A DNA stretch of 64,000 nt from Azolla caroliniana (taxonomy: Eukaryota; Plantae; Polypodiophyta): assembly GCA_043228905.1 (NCBI GenBank), contig JBHGNT010000005.1, positions 10,354,001-10,418,000 on the forward strand, in the 5' to 3' direction. The translations under genes were made by a program, and so were the position numbers. Shown piece by piece: positions 1 through 12,610 of the stretch; the stretch's first letter is position 1, and each line of letters starts with the position of its first letter. The notes beneath the pieces are model-generated. The model was given only the letters and a program-made list of their open reading frames with translations, was not told the origin of the DNA and did not search any database.

Positions 1-249
1 TCATGTTACTCTTCCCTATAGTGTTTTAACCTTAATGATGGGTAGGGGCATGACAACACCCTTCCCTGCACAGTGCATCGCACCTGAAAATGTCCGTGAG
101 AATTGTGTGCATCTTCTTAATATTGTTCATAAAGACAAGTTCTTTCTGTTTTTTGAAATGCAAGGTTTTTCATGCCTTCCCCTCCTCCCCCCCACCAATT
201 CCTCTCTCTAACTAGTGAAAGGTTATTGCTAATGAAAATGTTTGTCAGT

Positions 250-547
250 GGACAAAGCGGGGCGAAGCGCAAAGCTGATACAGAAGCTTTGTTTCTACGA
301 CCGATCGAGAGCACAGTCGGCGGAGGAGGTGGCACACAGGGTAATGGAGGCGGCGAAGAGAGGTGAATTTCTTGCGACCACCGATATTGGCTCGTTCATA
401 CTCAGTGTGTTGGGTCGGGGCATCATCCCTGCGGATTCATTGGGCAGAGCTCTTTGTGAACTCCTTTGTATGGTGCCAATGAGGATTATCAGCTTCTATT
501 GGTTCTCCTATGCCACAAGGCTTCTGCAAAGACCCAAGTCCCACTGA
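250..547 (+). CDS. Probable terminal exon of a host short-chain dehydrogenase, 3-ketodihydrosphingosine reductase (TSC10/KDSR)-like
   Basis: An acceptor-like ttttgtcAG ends at 249. The peptide SAEEVAHRVMEAAKRGEFLATTD...ILSVLGRGIIPADSLGRALCE plus a hydrophobic tail resembles, from memory, the C-terminus of plant TSC10/KDSR proteins. Upstream exons are not identified. Confidence 0.5.
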
Positions 548-1899
548 CTCTGCTAACTTTCATCAATGGTCATTCATATCCCCAATCATGATGACCTCCC
601 CCCATTCATGGATCCCCATTTCTTTGCTCCAGTAACAAACTTTCCGATTTTAGCCCTTGTTGATAATATTGATCTCACATGCTCCTTCTAAATAAACCAT
701 TTGCGATCAAGGAATGACCTTCATGAGGATGTTCAGCCACAGAAACATGCTCATGTCTCCTCTAAAATTATGCACACTCTATAGTCTTTGCAGACAACCT
801 AGCGATTCCCGTAATATTCAATAAATGGCTTGCCTAAGTGATGTTCATATATATATCCTCTAGTCATGCACTCTGCTCATCATTGTGAGTCACACAGCTC
901 CATTAATGGATTGCTCTCTACAATCAACAAATGACCTTCTTGAGGATGTTCAACTAGAGAAACATGATCATGTATCCTCTGATCATGCGCTCTGTCTGGT
1001 CTTTGCACACACAGTCTATCTAGTAAATCACAACAATAATAACATTAAATTAGAAACATCCACATCTCAAACAAGCATATGCAACCATCCATCCAATGCC
1101 CATCCAACCTACATCATTGAAGGCAATCAATCATCCCCAATGTTGCAACTTAAAATCATCATTGTTATTTGTGAAAGGGAACCCAACAGATTGTTTGACC
1201 ATTGGAAAGATTTATGAGGAAATCTAGAACTCTTCTCAAACATTCATCCATCTCTTAAAGAAGCAGGCTAGGGCTCTCGTGGAAGTGGATTGAGAACATA
1301 GTGATGTTTTCTTATAACAAAGAAATATGTGTTTACCTATTTCTATATTTTATGTATGATCTGAATGCATACACAAAAGAAACGTGTGCTACCTATCTCT
1401 AGATTTCTCGTATGATTTTAACACATACACAAAGAAATATGTTTACCTATTCTATATTGCTTGTATGCAAAGAAGAGGCACCGTCCATCACATTGTCTAA
1501 TAAGCATGCCAAGTTCTGTCAAATTTAAGCATGTACATGCCTCAAATAGGCAGGCTTAAGGGCTGATTTTCTACTAAATTTTACCGTATTACTTACTGTC
1601 TTCTTCTTACTAGTCAGCAGTTACACCCGCTAAATTTTTTACAAAGTTTAACAAAATACCCCTATGAGTTTCAAAGTGTGCTTGAATTACTTACTCTTGA
1701 GGTAGCATCTCTACCTAGTAGTGGGCATCTTTACATAGGAGGGGCCATGACAAGAATGTAGTTTAAAGAAGAGAAATTTGTGTAGATTTCATCGACGATG
1801 AAGCTTGACTATAATTTTTGGTACAATGTTTTTTTGTTCTTTCCACATTTTGAATTTTGGCATTAGAAAATCTCTCTTGTTACTCACACATATCTTGAT

Positions 1900-3080
1900 G
1901 GCTATCTCTCTTGTGAAGAAGGGACGAGATCCCATGTCTCGTTCTTTGAGAGTGCTTGCATCTCCCCATTCATAGCTTCAACCCATCATGGGTCTTTTGC
2001 GGCTTCGGAAAAGGTTTCCGGCTCTAGGACTATCGCCACCTTCATCATGAATGCATAATGATATATCATGTAGTCGTTGTAGCCGAATCGGTTGACTACG
2101 TTCTTCTCTTGGGTGGAGCGACGTGGTTCTCCTGGTGTCCTCATGATGGGCACATCCAATCCACTATACTCACTGTCGAGTGAGTGAGTCGATTCATTTC
2201 CATCTGAGTCTTTGTACTCAGGCATTTTGGCCTTACCTTTGGTGTCCGTCTTCGGACTTGGCCGTGACGTGCTTTGGTTGTTTGGAGGTCCTTGTGGTCC
2301 ACTCAACCTGGTTGAGATTGGACTTACCTCTGATGTGAGCCTTAGTTGATCCTCCTCCTCCGCATCTGTGTTGAACTCGGTTTCAATTGGGTTGGATGGA
2401 GCTGAGTTGATTTTGTACCAATATGCCGACTCATCGAAGAAAACATCCCTACTCACTCGTACCTTCTTGGTCGAGGGGTTGAAGAACTTATACCCTTTTT
2501 GCTCGAGTGAGTACCCCAAGAGGATACATTTTTCCACCTTAGGATCGAGCTTCTGCCGCTTCTCATCGGGAATATGTACATTTGCTATTGATTCGAATAT
2601 CTTGACATGGGATAAATCCGGTTTCTTCCCATAGAACCTCTCATGAGGGGTAACATCGTGCACTCCTGATGTTGTGCAATGATTCATCAGATAGACAGCC
2701 GTATTCGCTCCTTCAGCTTAATATGACTTTGGTAGATGTTTCTCGTTCATCATTGCCCTTGCCACCTCGAGTATGTGCAAGTTCTTGTGTTCGGCTATAG
2801 TTTTGTTCTGTTGAGGTGTGTGTCGGCAAGTCAAATCTTGCCGGATTTCTTCTTATTGAAGGTATGCTGTAAAGGCATCAGAGAAGTACTCTTTGCCGCC
2901 GTCCGATTAGAGGCACGTACATGACAATTGGCTACCTTTTTTACTTCGTTCTTGAATTTTTGGAAGTGAGAGAACACTTCACTCTTCTAACGCATGGGAT
3001 AAATCTAGATATGTCTAGAGAAGTTGTCGATGAATGTTACGTAGTACTTGTAACCACCGAATGTTGCCATCTGGGCTGAT
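1900..3080 (-). mobile_element. Decayed Ty1/copia pol fragment (integrase to start of RT), left half of the host element that the DNA transposon interrupted
   Basis: ORF 1986..2687 has copia integrase C-terminal motifs (HIPDEKRQKLDPK, CILLGYS, VSRDVFFDE) and EPETFSEA. The sequence resumes at 58410 after the TGAT TSD. Confidence 0.9.
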
Positions 3081-3115
3081 AACACCGGGTCATTTGAAAC
3101 AGGTAATATGTCGCA
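3081..3115 (+). repeat. Left terminal inverted repeat AACACCGGGTCATTTGAAACAGGTAATATGTCGCA
   Basis: The reverse complement of 58371-58405 reads AACACTGGGACATTTGAAACAGGTAATATGTCACA (3 mismatches). Confidence 0.93.
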
Positions 3116-3375
3116 ATTTCAGAACAGTCCGTCTAAAAAAGACACAAAGCAGGTCATTTCACAAAAAGGACCATCGCATGCATAAAGGTTTTTGGAAATT
3201 GAATCAAAATATATTGATTTATACCATGTCCAAAAATTTAGGGCTTTCAAAAAATGCCTAAATAATCGACACGTGAAATTTACAAGAGAACAAAAATTAC
3301 AAAATGACTAACACCTATATTTATACATATTTGTGAATCGCCATATTGATGTAACATATAATATTTACATTTCAT

Positions 3376-3890
3376 TTATGAGATCCATCACTTCCCAAAG
3401 ATACGCTTTCCCCTTCAGACCCACCCGATGAACTAGAAGAGCTTTGTGAGGTCTCATCCTCATAATCACTAGCAACCAATGCATTGTCTTCATCTAATTG
3501 CAATCCAACGTCACTGTGATTATGAGACATACTCCTTGTTCGTATCTATAATGCATCAACAGGCACATATGGAACCTTCTCTTTTATTATCTTGATTGTA
3601 GTCTGTCTTAGATGGCCTGTTTTGGTCAAGGAGAAGTCATACATGAGTATGTTGACATTATCAAGTGTTAGAGTAGACATGCATGGTAGATTCTTTCTTC
3701 TTCGCTTTCTGCTTGTGCCTCTGACATCCTTAACCATCTCTAAAGAGTACTTCCCAGTAAATGCATATTTGGAAGAGGTATGATACCAATGAACCACAAT
3801 GGATTGAACTTGATTGCCTTCATCATCCTTAATAATTTCAATGATTTTAGAAATCCAAAAGACATGCCCCAACTTATCACCCCCAACTAA
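3376..3890 (-). pseudogene. Probable C-terminal part of the transposase (FWISKI...VVHWY beta-rich domain, basic RKRRRK NLS-like patch, acidic/Ser tail)
   Basis: ORF 3546..3872 is on the same strand as the transposase and lies between the copia insertion and the left TIR. The frame continues past a TAG to a TAA at 3376-3378. It is not retroelement-like. Confidence 0.65.
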
Positions 3891-6800
3891 TGCACTTCGA
3901 CTTTCTCAGCCATCCCATGCACTTCGACTTCTTTAGTCGGACCGAAATCGAAATCGGTTTCCGACTCGGCTTTTCAGTTGTCTTTCTCATTCCTCCCCCT
4001 CAAGTTCGGCATATCAAGGTACTACACACCTAGTGCATCGGAAAATTGCCGTAACTTGTCCAAGCCGAGGGGTTTGGTGAAGATATCGGCCAACTGCCAA
4101 GCCATTAGAACATGTAGCAGTTCCACTTCACCGGAGGGAATGTGCTCTCGGACAAAATGATAGTGCACCTCGATGTGCTTTGTCTGGACATGAAAGACAG
4201 GGTTCTTAGTCAGCTGGATGCTGCTGAGGTTGTCACAATAGATTGTCGTTAGATCAGACACCTCCACTTGTAGATCCTTCAGGAGCCTCTTGAGTCATAT
4301 GGCTTCACATGTCGCAACAACCGCTCCTCGGTACTCATCCTTGGTGCTCGACAATGCTATTGTCGACTGTGTCTTATTGCTCTAGGTGACCGTGACTCTT
4401 CCAAGTGAAAACACATATCTGGATGTAGACCTACGATCGTCGACATTTTCGGCCCAATCGGCATCCGTGTAGTTGACAAGTTGTCTGGCTACACTGGACC
4501 GATACAACAACCCCCTGTCCTTAGTGCCGCTAACATACCTGAGTATTCAGTGCACACACTAAAGGTGGTCCACGGCTGGATGCACCATAAATTGACTAAT
4601 CAGTCCGACCGGATAACTGAGGTCCGGCTGGGTGATGGTTAGATAGATAAGGCTTCCGACTATCTATCAGAACCTTTTTGGGTCACATACCGTTCTGGAG
4701 TCAGGGCGAAGCTTCACATTTTGATCCAAAGGAGTCGAGACGGATTTGCATTCCATCATACCGAATTTGAGGAGCATACTCAGAACATAATGCCGCTGGC
4801 TGATCAATATGCCTTCGGGGTTGCGAATCACTTCGATCCTGAGGAAGTGATGAAGGTTCCCAAGATCCTTCATGTCAAATGATGCCGCGAGTTCAGACTT
4901 GACGCGATCGATTTCATTCATGTCAGCGCCGACGATGACTAAATCAGCAACATAAAGTAAAATACTAACCGATCCGTTCCGACCTTGCCGGATGAAGAGT
5001 GAAGAATCTGACTTTGACGCAACAAACCCCATCCGATGCAATCGCTGTGTGATCTTCGCGTTCCAGGCACGCGAGGCTTGCTTTAGTCCGTAAAGGGACT
5101 TCTTTAGCCGGCAAACGGCCAATATGTTCATTTCGGACTGAAATCCGGGGGGTTGAACCATGTATACTTGTTCCTCAAGATCACCTTGCATGAACACATT
5201 TTTCACATCCATTTGATGTAGATGCCACCCCTTCGCCACTGCCACCGCAAGCAAGACAACAGACGATCGTCATCTTTGCAACCGGCGTGAATGTCTCATC
5301 ATAGACGATGTCGTGCTGATGCGTGTGGCCCTTGTACCTATTTACGGAACCATCGGTGTTGTATTTAACCTTGTATACCCATCGGCAACCAATCGGCTTC
5401 ACTCCTTTCAGTACGACCACTAAATCCCACGTCTCATTTTCCGCGAGTGCGAGCATCTCTTCCTTCATAGCGGCATGCCAATCTGCTGCCGCTTCTACGT
5501 AGCTCTCCGGCTCATGCACCTCTGCCACCTTTGTCATGTACGCATAGTGATGTGCCATGTACTCATTATACCCATATCGTTTGATGGGGTTCTTTTGGCA
5601 GGTGGATCAACACAACTTCTTGTTAGCCGATTTCAAGGCTCTCTTGGCCAACTCGGACGTCGTCTCTGAAGGTATGTCATCGTTCTTTCTGGAGTCGGAT
5701 TCGCTCCAACCCAACTTGTCTCCATCGGTGGCGTATTCTGACATCTTCTTCTTCCCTTTGTCTTTGCGTGTGAACCGTCTCCTCTACTCGCTGGCTCCAC
5801 CACTCGTTGGCTCTTCATTTGACTGGTCATTTCGACTCAGTCACTCATTCGGCCCACTTAGCCGGAATGAGATCAAACGACTCTCATCTAGAGTACCGAA
5901 TCCTTCTTCATCTTCTGCCTGGATTGTTTCGAGCTCATTGGCCTCATCCTCCGAAATCAGGTTGGAGTCGGACATCGCAGTCGGAAGAGAGTACCATGAT
6001 GTTGACTCATCAAATTCGACATCTTCGCTCACTCGAACTTGTTTTCTTTGGGGGTTATAACACTTATAAACCTTTTGATCATGTGAGTAGCCGACAAGGA
6101 TGCACTTCTCCGACTTTGGGTCCAGCTTTCTCCGCTTCTCATTTGGCACATGCACATATGCAATTCTACTGAATATCTTAAGGTGTCTTAAATTCAGCTT
6201 CCGCTCAAAATACAGCTCGTGTTCTGACACCTTATCCTCAATCCGGTTTTGGATGTAGACAGCCGTCCAGACCGCTTCGGCCCAGTAGAACTTGGGCATG
6301 CTCTTCTCTTCTAGCATTTCTCGTGCCGCTTCCACAATTGATCGGTTCTTCCTTTTAGCCACACCGTTTTGTTCTGATGTGTATCGGCAGTTAAATTCCC
6401 TCTGAATTCCATTCTGCTGCAGATAACTGTTGAATTGGCTAGAAAAGTATTCTTTTTCGTCATCCAACCACAAACACTTGATCTTCCTCTCTGTTTCCCG
6501 TTCTTCAAGGCTTTGCAGGTTCCGAAAATAGTTGAAAACTTCGCTTTTCCTTTCGATTAGGTAGATCCATGTGTGCCGGTTGTAGTGGTCGATGAAGGAG
6601 ACGAAATAACGACTCCCACCAAGACTAACATTCTGTGCCAGTCCCCATACATCCGAATGTATTAGATCAAGCTTGTTATGGCTCCGGTTTCTTTCGGTGG
6701 GGAATAGAAGCTGGTGTTGCTTTCGGAGCTGACAGGCTTCACATATTTGGGCCTTCTGGCCACTGAATTTCGGCAATCCGAAAACAACTTGTCTCGATTG

Positions 6801-7594
6801 CATGTCTTGAAGCCTCCGTTAATTGACGTGGCCGATCCACTTGTGCCACAAATTGATATCCAACTCGATCTTTTGACCCTTTGCGAACAAAGCGGTGTCT
6901 ACGTCCTTGGTGTTGAGGATGAACATCCTCCCGTCCCGGCGCCCTTGCGCAATAATCTGGCCCTCTTCCTCAATGAAGCACCCAAGGTTCGTAAACCGCA
7001 CCTGCATCCCCTGGTCGACGATCTACCCTACCGACACCAGGTTTTTTGTGATTGTCGGAACATGTAGTACGTTCATCAGCTTTCCCTTTTGTTCGACATG
7101 GCTTAAAGGGACTTCTCCGACATGCACAATCATGTGAGGAGTGTCGTCTCTAGTTTCGACAACTCTAGGTTGCTCCAACTTTTCCATAAATGAGAACCAC
7201 TCTTTGTGGCTCGTCATGTGGTTAGATGCTCCGCAGTCAACGTACCACACTTCCTTCAAACCGGTAGTGGTCTTCTTCATCGAGTTCGCCTTGTGTTTCA
7301 TCACAAAGGCTGGCCCTTTTCCGGTCTTTTCGGTTCTGGATCCTTTTGATCCTTCGACGTAGTGCGAGCTCAGTCGGTTTCCTTGTCCGGCCTTGCTGGG
7401 TCTAGATTTATCCGAATCGGCGCACTTCTTCCAGCACTCGCTCTCTGTATGGCCCTTCCGACCACAATACGAACATTCTGTTGCGGTCTTCTCTTGCCGG
7501 CTCCCGGCATCGCCTTGACTCCCCCTGCTTGTGGAGGGTCCGGAACTATTTTTGGCACCATCATTGTGCCTTCGATTTTTCTCTTGTCGGCGGC

Positions 7595-9155
7595 TTTCGT
7601 GATGTTTCTAACACATAATGTGAACCCACCCTCGAAAAGAAGTAAAATAATAGTTCAAATAAACTAGTATTGTGAAGTCAACTTTATTGGTAGCAAAAAT
7701 ACTTTTTCATTTGCCAAAGATAATTCCTTATAAATAAAAGGTCAAAGGATTGAACCTTACTATAAATAATGATGAATATTAAGTTAGAGGCGGTTTTCAA
7801 AAGTAGACAAAAGTAGAGAAAAAGATGGGAAGAAAAAGAAGAAGCACGTGTGGATATGAGGAGCACAATAGAGAAAAAAGTTCATAATTTCTTCATCAGA
7901 TGTCCAAATTAGAAAAGAAAAGATGCATAAGAAAGCTAACCCAAAGAGCTTTCCAAGAATATTTTGCATGTGAAATTTGGGGCTAGAAAACAGAAATAGT
8001 TAGGAAAAGAAAAGTTGACTCATATAGACAAGCTTTTTTATAGGGGAAAAAGGCAAGCAATCCTAAACCTATAAATAAGAGCCTATTCTAGTGAAGAAGG
8101 GGGGGGAGGAAGAAGGAACGCGGAAGCTCTACTCAATTGGAGGGCAAAAGAAGAAGGATCAACAACATCGAGAGACATCATCAACAAAGAATCACCTTCT
8201 TCTATATTCCACTCTCTTCTTTCCTCCAACTCTATTCCCCCTTCCTTTATAAATTATCTCTCATTATCACATCAAACCTGTTGTAAAATTTATTCTTATT
8301 TTATAAAAGAATCTATTATATTGTAATAAACTAATGTTTGGTTTCACCTATGTGTCTTATATGCTATCATCATTTGTGCTTATTTGTTGTGTGTCTTGTG
8401 ACAAGGGAGCGTTTCGGGCTTGCCCATGTACCTCTCCTTTCACAAAGGCATTCAAAATTACGTGTCTTATAATGTTATTGTCATTTGTGCTTATTTGTTT
8501 GTGTGTCTTGTGACAAGGGAGCGTTTCGGGCTTGCCCATGTACCTCTCCTTTCACAAAGGCATTCAAAATTACGTGTCTTATAATGTTATTGTCATTTGT
8601 GCTTATTTGTTTGTGTGTCTTGTGACAAGGGAGCGTTTCGGGCTTGCCCATGTACCTCTCCTTTCACAAAGGCATTCAAAATTTTGTGTCTTGGGTGTTA
8701 GTGTAAATCTTTCTTGTGTGTTCGTGTGACTTGTGGCAAGGGAGCATTTGGGCTTGCCCATGCACCTCTCCTTTCACAAAGGCGTTCGAAATTGTGTCTC
8801 CCGTGTGTAAACCTTGCTTGTGTTTCGTGTGTCTTGTAACAAGGGAGCGTTTGGGTTTGCCCATGCACCTCTCTTTTCACAAAGGCATTCGAAACTCTGT
8901 CTCTCGTGTGTGTAAGTAAGCCTTTTCCTCGTGTGTCTGTGTGTAAGCCTTCCTCACGTGCATTCGTTCACCTTGTGACTAGGGGTTGATTCGGGCTTGC
9001 CCATGCACCTCTCCTTTTCACAAACATGTTCGAATACTCGTGCCTTGTTTGTGTAAGCCTTCCTTGTGTTGTGCATGTGAGCCCTATTTCCTTCCCGTCC
9101 ATAACCCTGGCGGTTCCGCCTCATGATCCGCACATTGTGATAGATTTTCTCGACA
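7595..9155 (+). mobile_element. Solo-LTR-like insertion (1561 bp) inside the gag of copia A
   Basis: Termini T(t)TCG...CGACA. 4-bp TSD cggc (7591-7594) / ccgc (9156-9159). Internal TATAAATA near 8070. Host gag is restored on removal. Confidence 0.75.
8350..9070. repeat. Tandem array of about 118-bp units (about 6 copies, core CAAGGGAGCGTTTCGGGCTTGCCCATGTACCTCTCCTTTCACAAAGGCATTC)
   Basis: The core recurs near 8402, 8514, 8626, 8737, 8840 and 8980 with increasing divergence. Confidence 0.9.
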
Positions 9156-10346
9156 CCGCTTCCATCGCGTGCCAATCCGCCTCGTCCACCACGACCACGG
9201 GTCCGATCTGCCTCTGTATACAACATCTTGTTGTTGGTGTGCGTGCTTGTTGACGCACCCACGTGGTTCTCCTCTACTAGGAGCATCGAATGTAGGTAGA
9301 AAAACGAGGAGGTATTCTCCCTTGTGCAGACTGCCATCCAGAATTCTCCGAACTTTGACGCCAGGCTCCCGAGACAAACTTGCACCATCTCATCTTCCTC
9401 AACGGTCACGTTAATAGAGACAAGTGAGTCGCAGATGTCTTTGATTCGGGCCATATAAGCCACCACATGTCCTTCTGTCGGACATTGCTTAACTCTTGTC
9501 GGAGTTGTAGGTTCTGGGCTGTGGTGCTCGCAGTGAAGACCTTCTTTAGGTTTCCCCGTACTTCCTTTGGTGTCTTGTTCCCAAGCCGACACTAGACGTG
9601 AAGCAATACATTACCTTGCTTGTCGCTTGTTCCCAAGCCAGGAAGTGTTGTGTGCTGCATCAGGTGTCGTGTCGTTAGCTCCTTCGACATAACTCCAATA
9701 ACCGTGCCCGAGCAGGTACTGGTGCATCTTGTACGACCAAGATGCGTAGTTAGATCTGTCGAGCTTCTCTGTCGGAAGCGAGCTAGCCATTCCTCAGTCC
9801 ATTTTGACCTTCTTGATTTCTGTTCTCTACCAGATATTAGGGTTTGTCTTTGAAAAGCACTTGACGTATGTAGTGGTTCTCAACCCTCATGCTCTGATAC
9901 CATGAGAAAGTAAATACCATGAGAAGCTAAGACAAAACCGGCTCAGCCGGATAGCAATAGAATACAGATACAGGTTTAATGGAAACCTTACACCAGAGAG
10001 AGACATAGTTAGAGCAGAGTAGCATAAACTCAATTCAAAATAATAACACTTTGTTTGTACAATGTGCTCAGTGAGCACTTTTATACAAGTCCATGAAAGG
10101 ACTGACAGAAGTACTAACAGATACTTGAATGCTCATACGAGCGACTGCCACTAAAAATATGCCTACGTACTAGGCTAGATTCATAGGCCTCTAACGGCCT
10201 ACCGGTTACAATCTGATCCGTCTCTTTGATCCGACTCTTGGTTCCGGATACTAATCCGGATACCTATCTGGTTCTCCGTTCCGGATACTGATCCGGCTTT
10301 GGCTTATTTAACTGATCCGGATCCGGTTGAGCTTATCCGCTCAACA

Positions 10347-12147
10347 CATAGATTACTGCATCTGGGAAATGCAATAAGAGCCTATATTCGTCTTGTGGCT
10401 CCCATTGCGAACTAGATGAGTATTGTTTGGCATACAACATCATCTGGTTGAGGCGGACCACTCTTTTTTGGATGAGGAAGACGTGGTTAAAACTTATATG
10501 ATTAAGCTTAGCAAGAACCCTACATCGAGTCCCATCACAATCCACACAGAAGCGTTTAAAATCATTAACGTCATCTAAATGTTGTACATCTGGCTTTGGG
10601 CTATAAGCTTTAGTGATCAACTTTGATAGCATAGAAAGTGTGAAAGCATCACATCTCGCTAATTTCTTGGAGAACCTACTAAACATTTGATCTATATGAT
10701 CATGTGTGTGACTAACTAGTACGAAGCTGACCTTAATCTTTTTTAAAATACCCTTGTCTACTAACATGCTTAAATAACCAAACACAGTCGAGTACTTGTT
10801 TTCTCTTGCCGTGTTGTCTAGTTGCATGTATAGTACTGGCGGGAGTAAACCTTGCCAAGTTTGCCAAACTCTTTGCATCATTGTTACTGTAAGATTAGGG
10901 TCATTGTGGATATTTGGATAAGTTAGGAACACTTGAGGCCTTATTGTCTGACAATATAGAAGACAACCTACTAAGTGCATCTACACTAGGCATTCATCTT
11001 CAATATCCTTGGGCAACCTTCGAAACTGTGGCAAACAAGTTTTCTTCTGATCCATCCCATCTATAATCAAGCACATGTACCTTTCCGGTGATTGAAGTGC
11101 TTTTTGACGATAGTGCATAAGTTTAGATCTTTCCAACGCTTGACTTTCTCGATGTTCTTTTAATAAATTCTTATAATTATTTATTTCTTCATCTGTTGTC
11201 CCACTCTTTGCCATGCTTTTTAAACTTGCACATACAGAGCAAACACCCATCTGGACCTTGCGGGCTATGACCACATTGTTAAACTTCGATATCCATAATC
11301 GATTAAAATGCCGATATTGTATGTAAGGTACACTTTCTAATAACATGTCATCCTTATACGCTTGGTATACCTCACGACAAGTGAAGTTAGCTGACAAATG
11401 TAATCTTCCAGTGGTGGGCATAACATCACATTGCTTTGAGAAATATATCTCCATCCATCTAACAACATGCCGCCTAATCAGACCCTTACATGCAAATTCT
11501 GTATTGTTGAAAGGTACCCACGAGCCCTTTACTAATCGATGTTGAATTCTCTGGAGCCTCATGTTACCAATGCTATAAGCAATCTTGAAAGCTACTTGAC
11601 AACTCTTCATACTAAGTGAAAGGTAATATTCCACATGTAGAGAACTTGAAACTGTTGTGTGATCCTTAACAAGTTGCATATGTGAAATCAAGAAAGTATC
11701 TTGTTCGTCGCCATTAAGTGACAAATACTTCTGTTGCAACCCCCTCAAGTTTGCCTTTCCAAATTTTGAAAGACAAAGATTCCCATAACATGGCTTGCAT
11801 ATATCAAATGCAATTTGGCGATCCGAACACAAAAAATTATATCTTTTAACACTCACTTGTCGAGGAACTCTTTGAAAATTTAGAGGCTTATTGACAAAAT
11901 CCTCGTCAACATTACATAAACTAGAATCCTCATGATTTGTAACTACTTTATTATTTCGTAGTCTACCTAAGTTAAAAGGCTCGATCGGAAAAAGCGAATT
12001 CGAACTTTGCCCAACATCATTGTTGGACTCTATATGGCACCGTTCATTATTTAAATGGTTATATTCTTCGATAGAGAATAACGAGTTATCCAATAATTTA
12101 AAAGGCTCAATGGAGAATAGAGAATTTTTATTTGAGGTTGAGGACAT
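10347..12147 (-). pseudogene. DDD-type DNA transposase, Sola-like / DUF7869-type, N-terminal and catalytic regions
   Basis: ORFs 10981..12147 and 10333..10980 are one frame split by a single TAG. Motifs are CSVC, CLIIDGMDQKK, YMQLDNTARENK and (G>S)HTHDHIDQMFS, the D/D/D layout known from Sola1-type transposases. The 4-bp TSD fits this assignment. Confidence 0.8.
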
Positions 12148-12388
12148 CTTGACTAAGGCTAACTAAGCTCAATTGAGTCGAAAATAGCTCAAAATTTTCT
12201 TCTATAATAAGTCAAATTTAAAAATAATTTTTTAAAAATAATTTTTTTTATTAAAAAAACTAAATATAAAGGAAAGGCCGCTTCTCATTGTCATTATCGC
12301 ATTCAAGAAGCAAAAGAGCACATGAGCATAGAGTATCCCAAACCTTCCGTTTTCGCCTCCCCGGTCAACTCGAGTTGACATTAGCAAC
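12148..12388. promoter_or_regulatory. Putative bidirectional promoter between the transposase and the ParB-MTase gene
   Basis: A 241-bp AT-rich gap between divergent ATGs (12147 minus, 12389 plus), with a TATA-like aatataaa near 12264. Confidence 0.45.
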
Positions 12389-12493
12389 ATGAACAAGGGA
12401 AAGAAAATTGTCAGGTATCTTCTTTTAATTGTTTTTTAAGATTCTTTAAAGATTCCCAAAAGATTTCATTTTATTTTTGTTCATTGTTTACAC

Positions 12494-12610
12494 CGAGAAC
12501 TCGATGCAGTGCATCGAGTTCCCGTTGAAAGCCACCCTCATTCAATGAGAACTCGATGCAGAATGAGTGTTGCTTTCAACGGGAACTCGATGCACTGCAT
12601 TGAGTTCTCG
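12494..12610. repeat. Nested palindrome/hairpin in intron 1 of the cargo gene, built from GAACTCGATGCA units
   Basis: Arms of about 50 bp (12494-12543 vs 12561-12610) are reverse complements. Each arm contains GAACTCGATGCA-N-TGCATCGAGTTC, and a fifth unit sits in the loop region. Confidence 0.9.

Larger units (their letters stand above)
3890..10346 (-). mobile_element. Ty1/copia element A inserted in the transposase gene; 5' LTR present, 3' end deleted
   Basis: LTR 9903-10346 (TG...TCAACA). tRNA-iMet PBS read as gctctgatacca at 9891-9902. Gag, protease (WYVDCGASNHM), integrase (HSDVWG), RT ([15 protein letters not shown]) and RNase H ([17 protein letters not shown]) fragments. No second LTR and no left TSD found. 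Confidence 0.9.

Noticed and set aside
885-1217. 110-aa ORF downstream of the host exon
   Set aside because: No recognisable motifs. It overlaps a degenerate ~217-bp local duplication (about 713-800 vs 930-1017) in probable 3' UTR/intergenic DNA.
8350-9070. CRISPR-like repeat-spacer array
   Set aside because: The 'spacers' are homologous to each other, there are no cas genes, and the context is eukaryotic. It is an ordinary tandem repeat.
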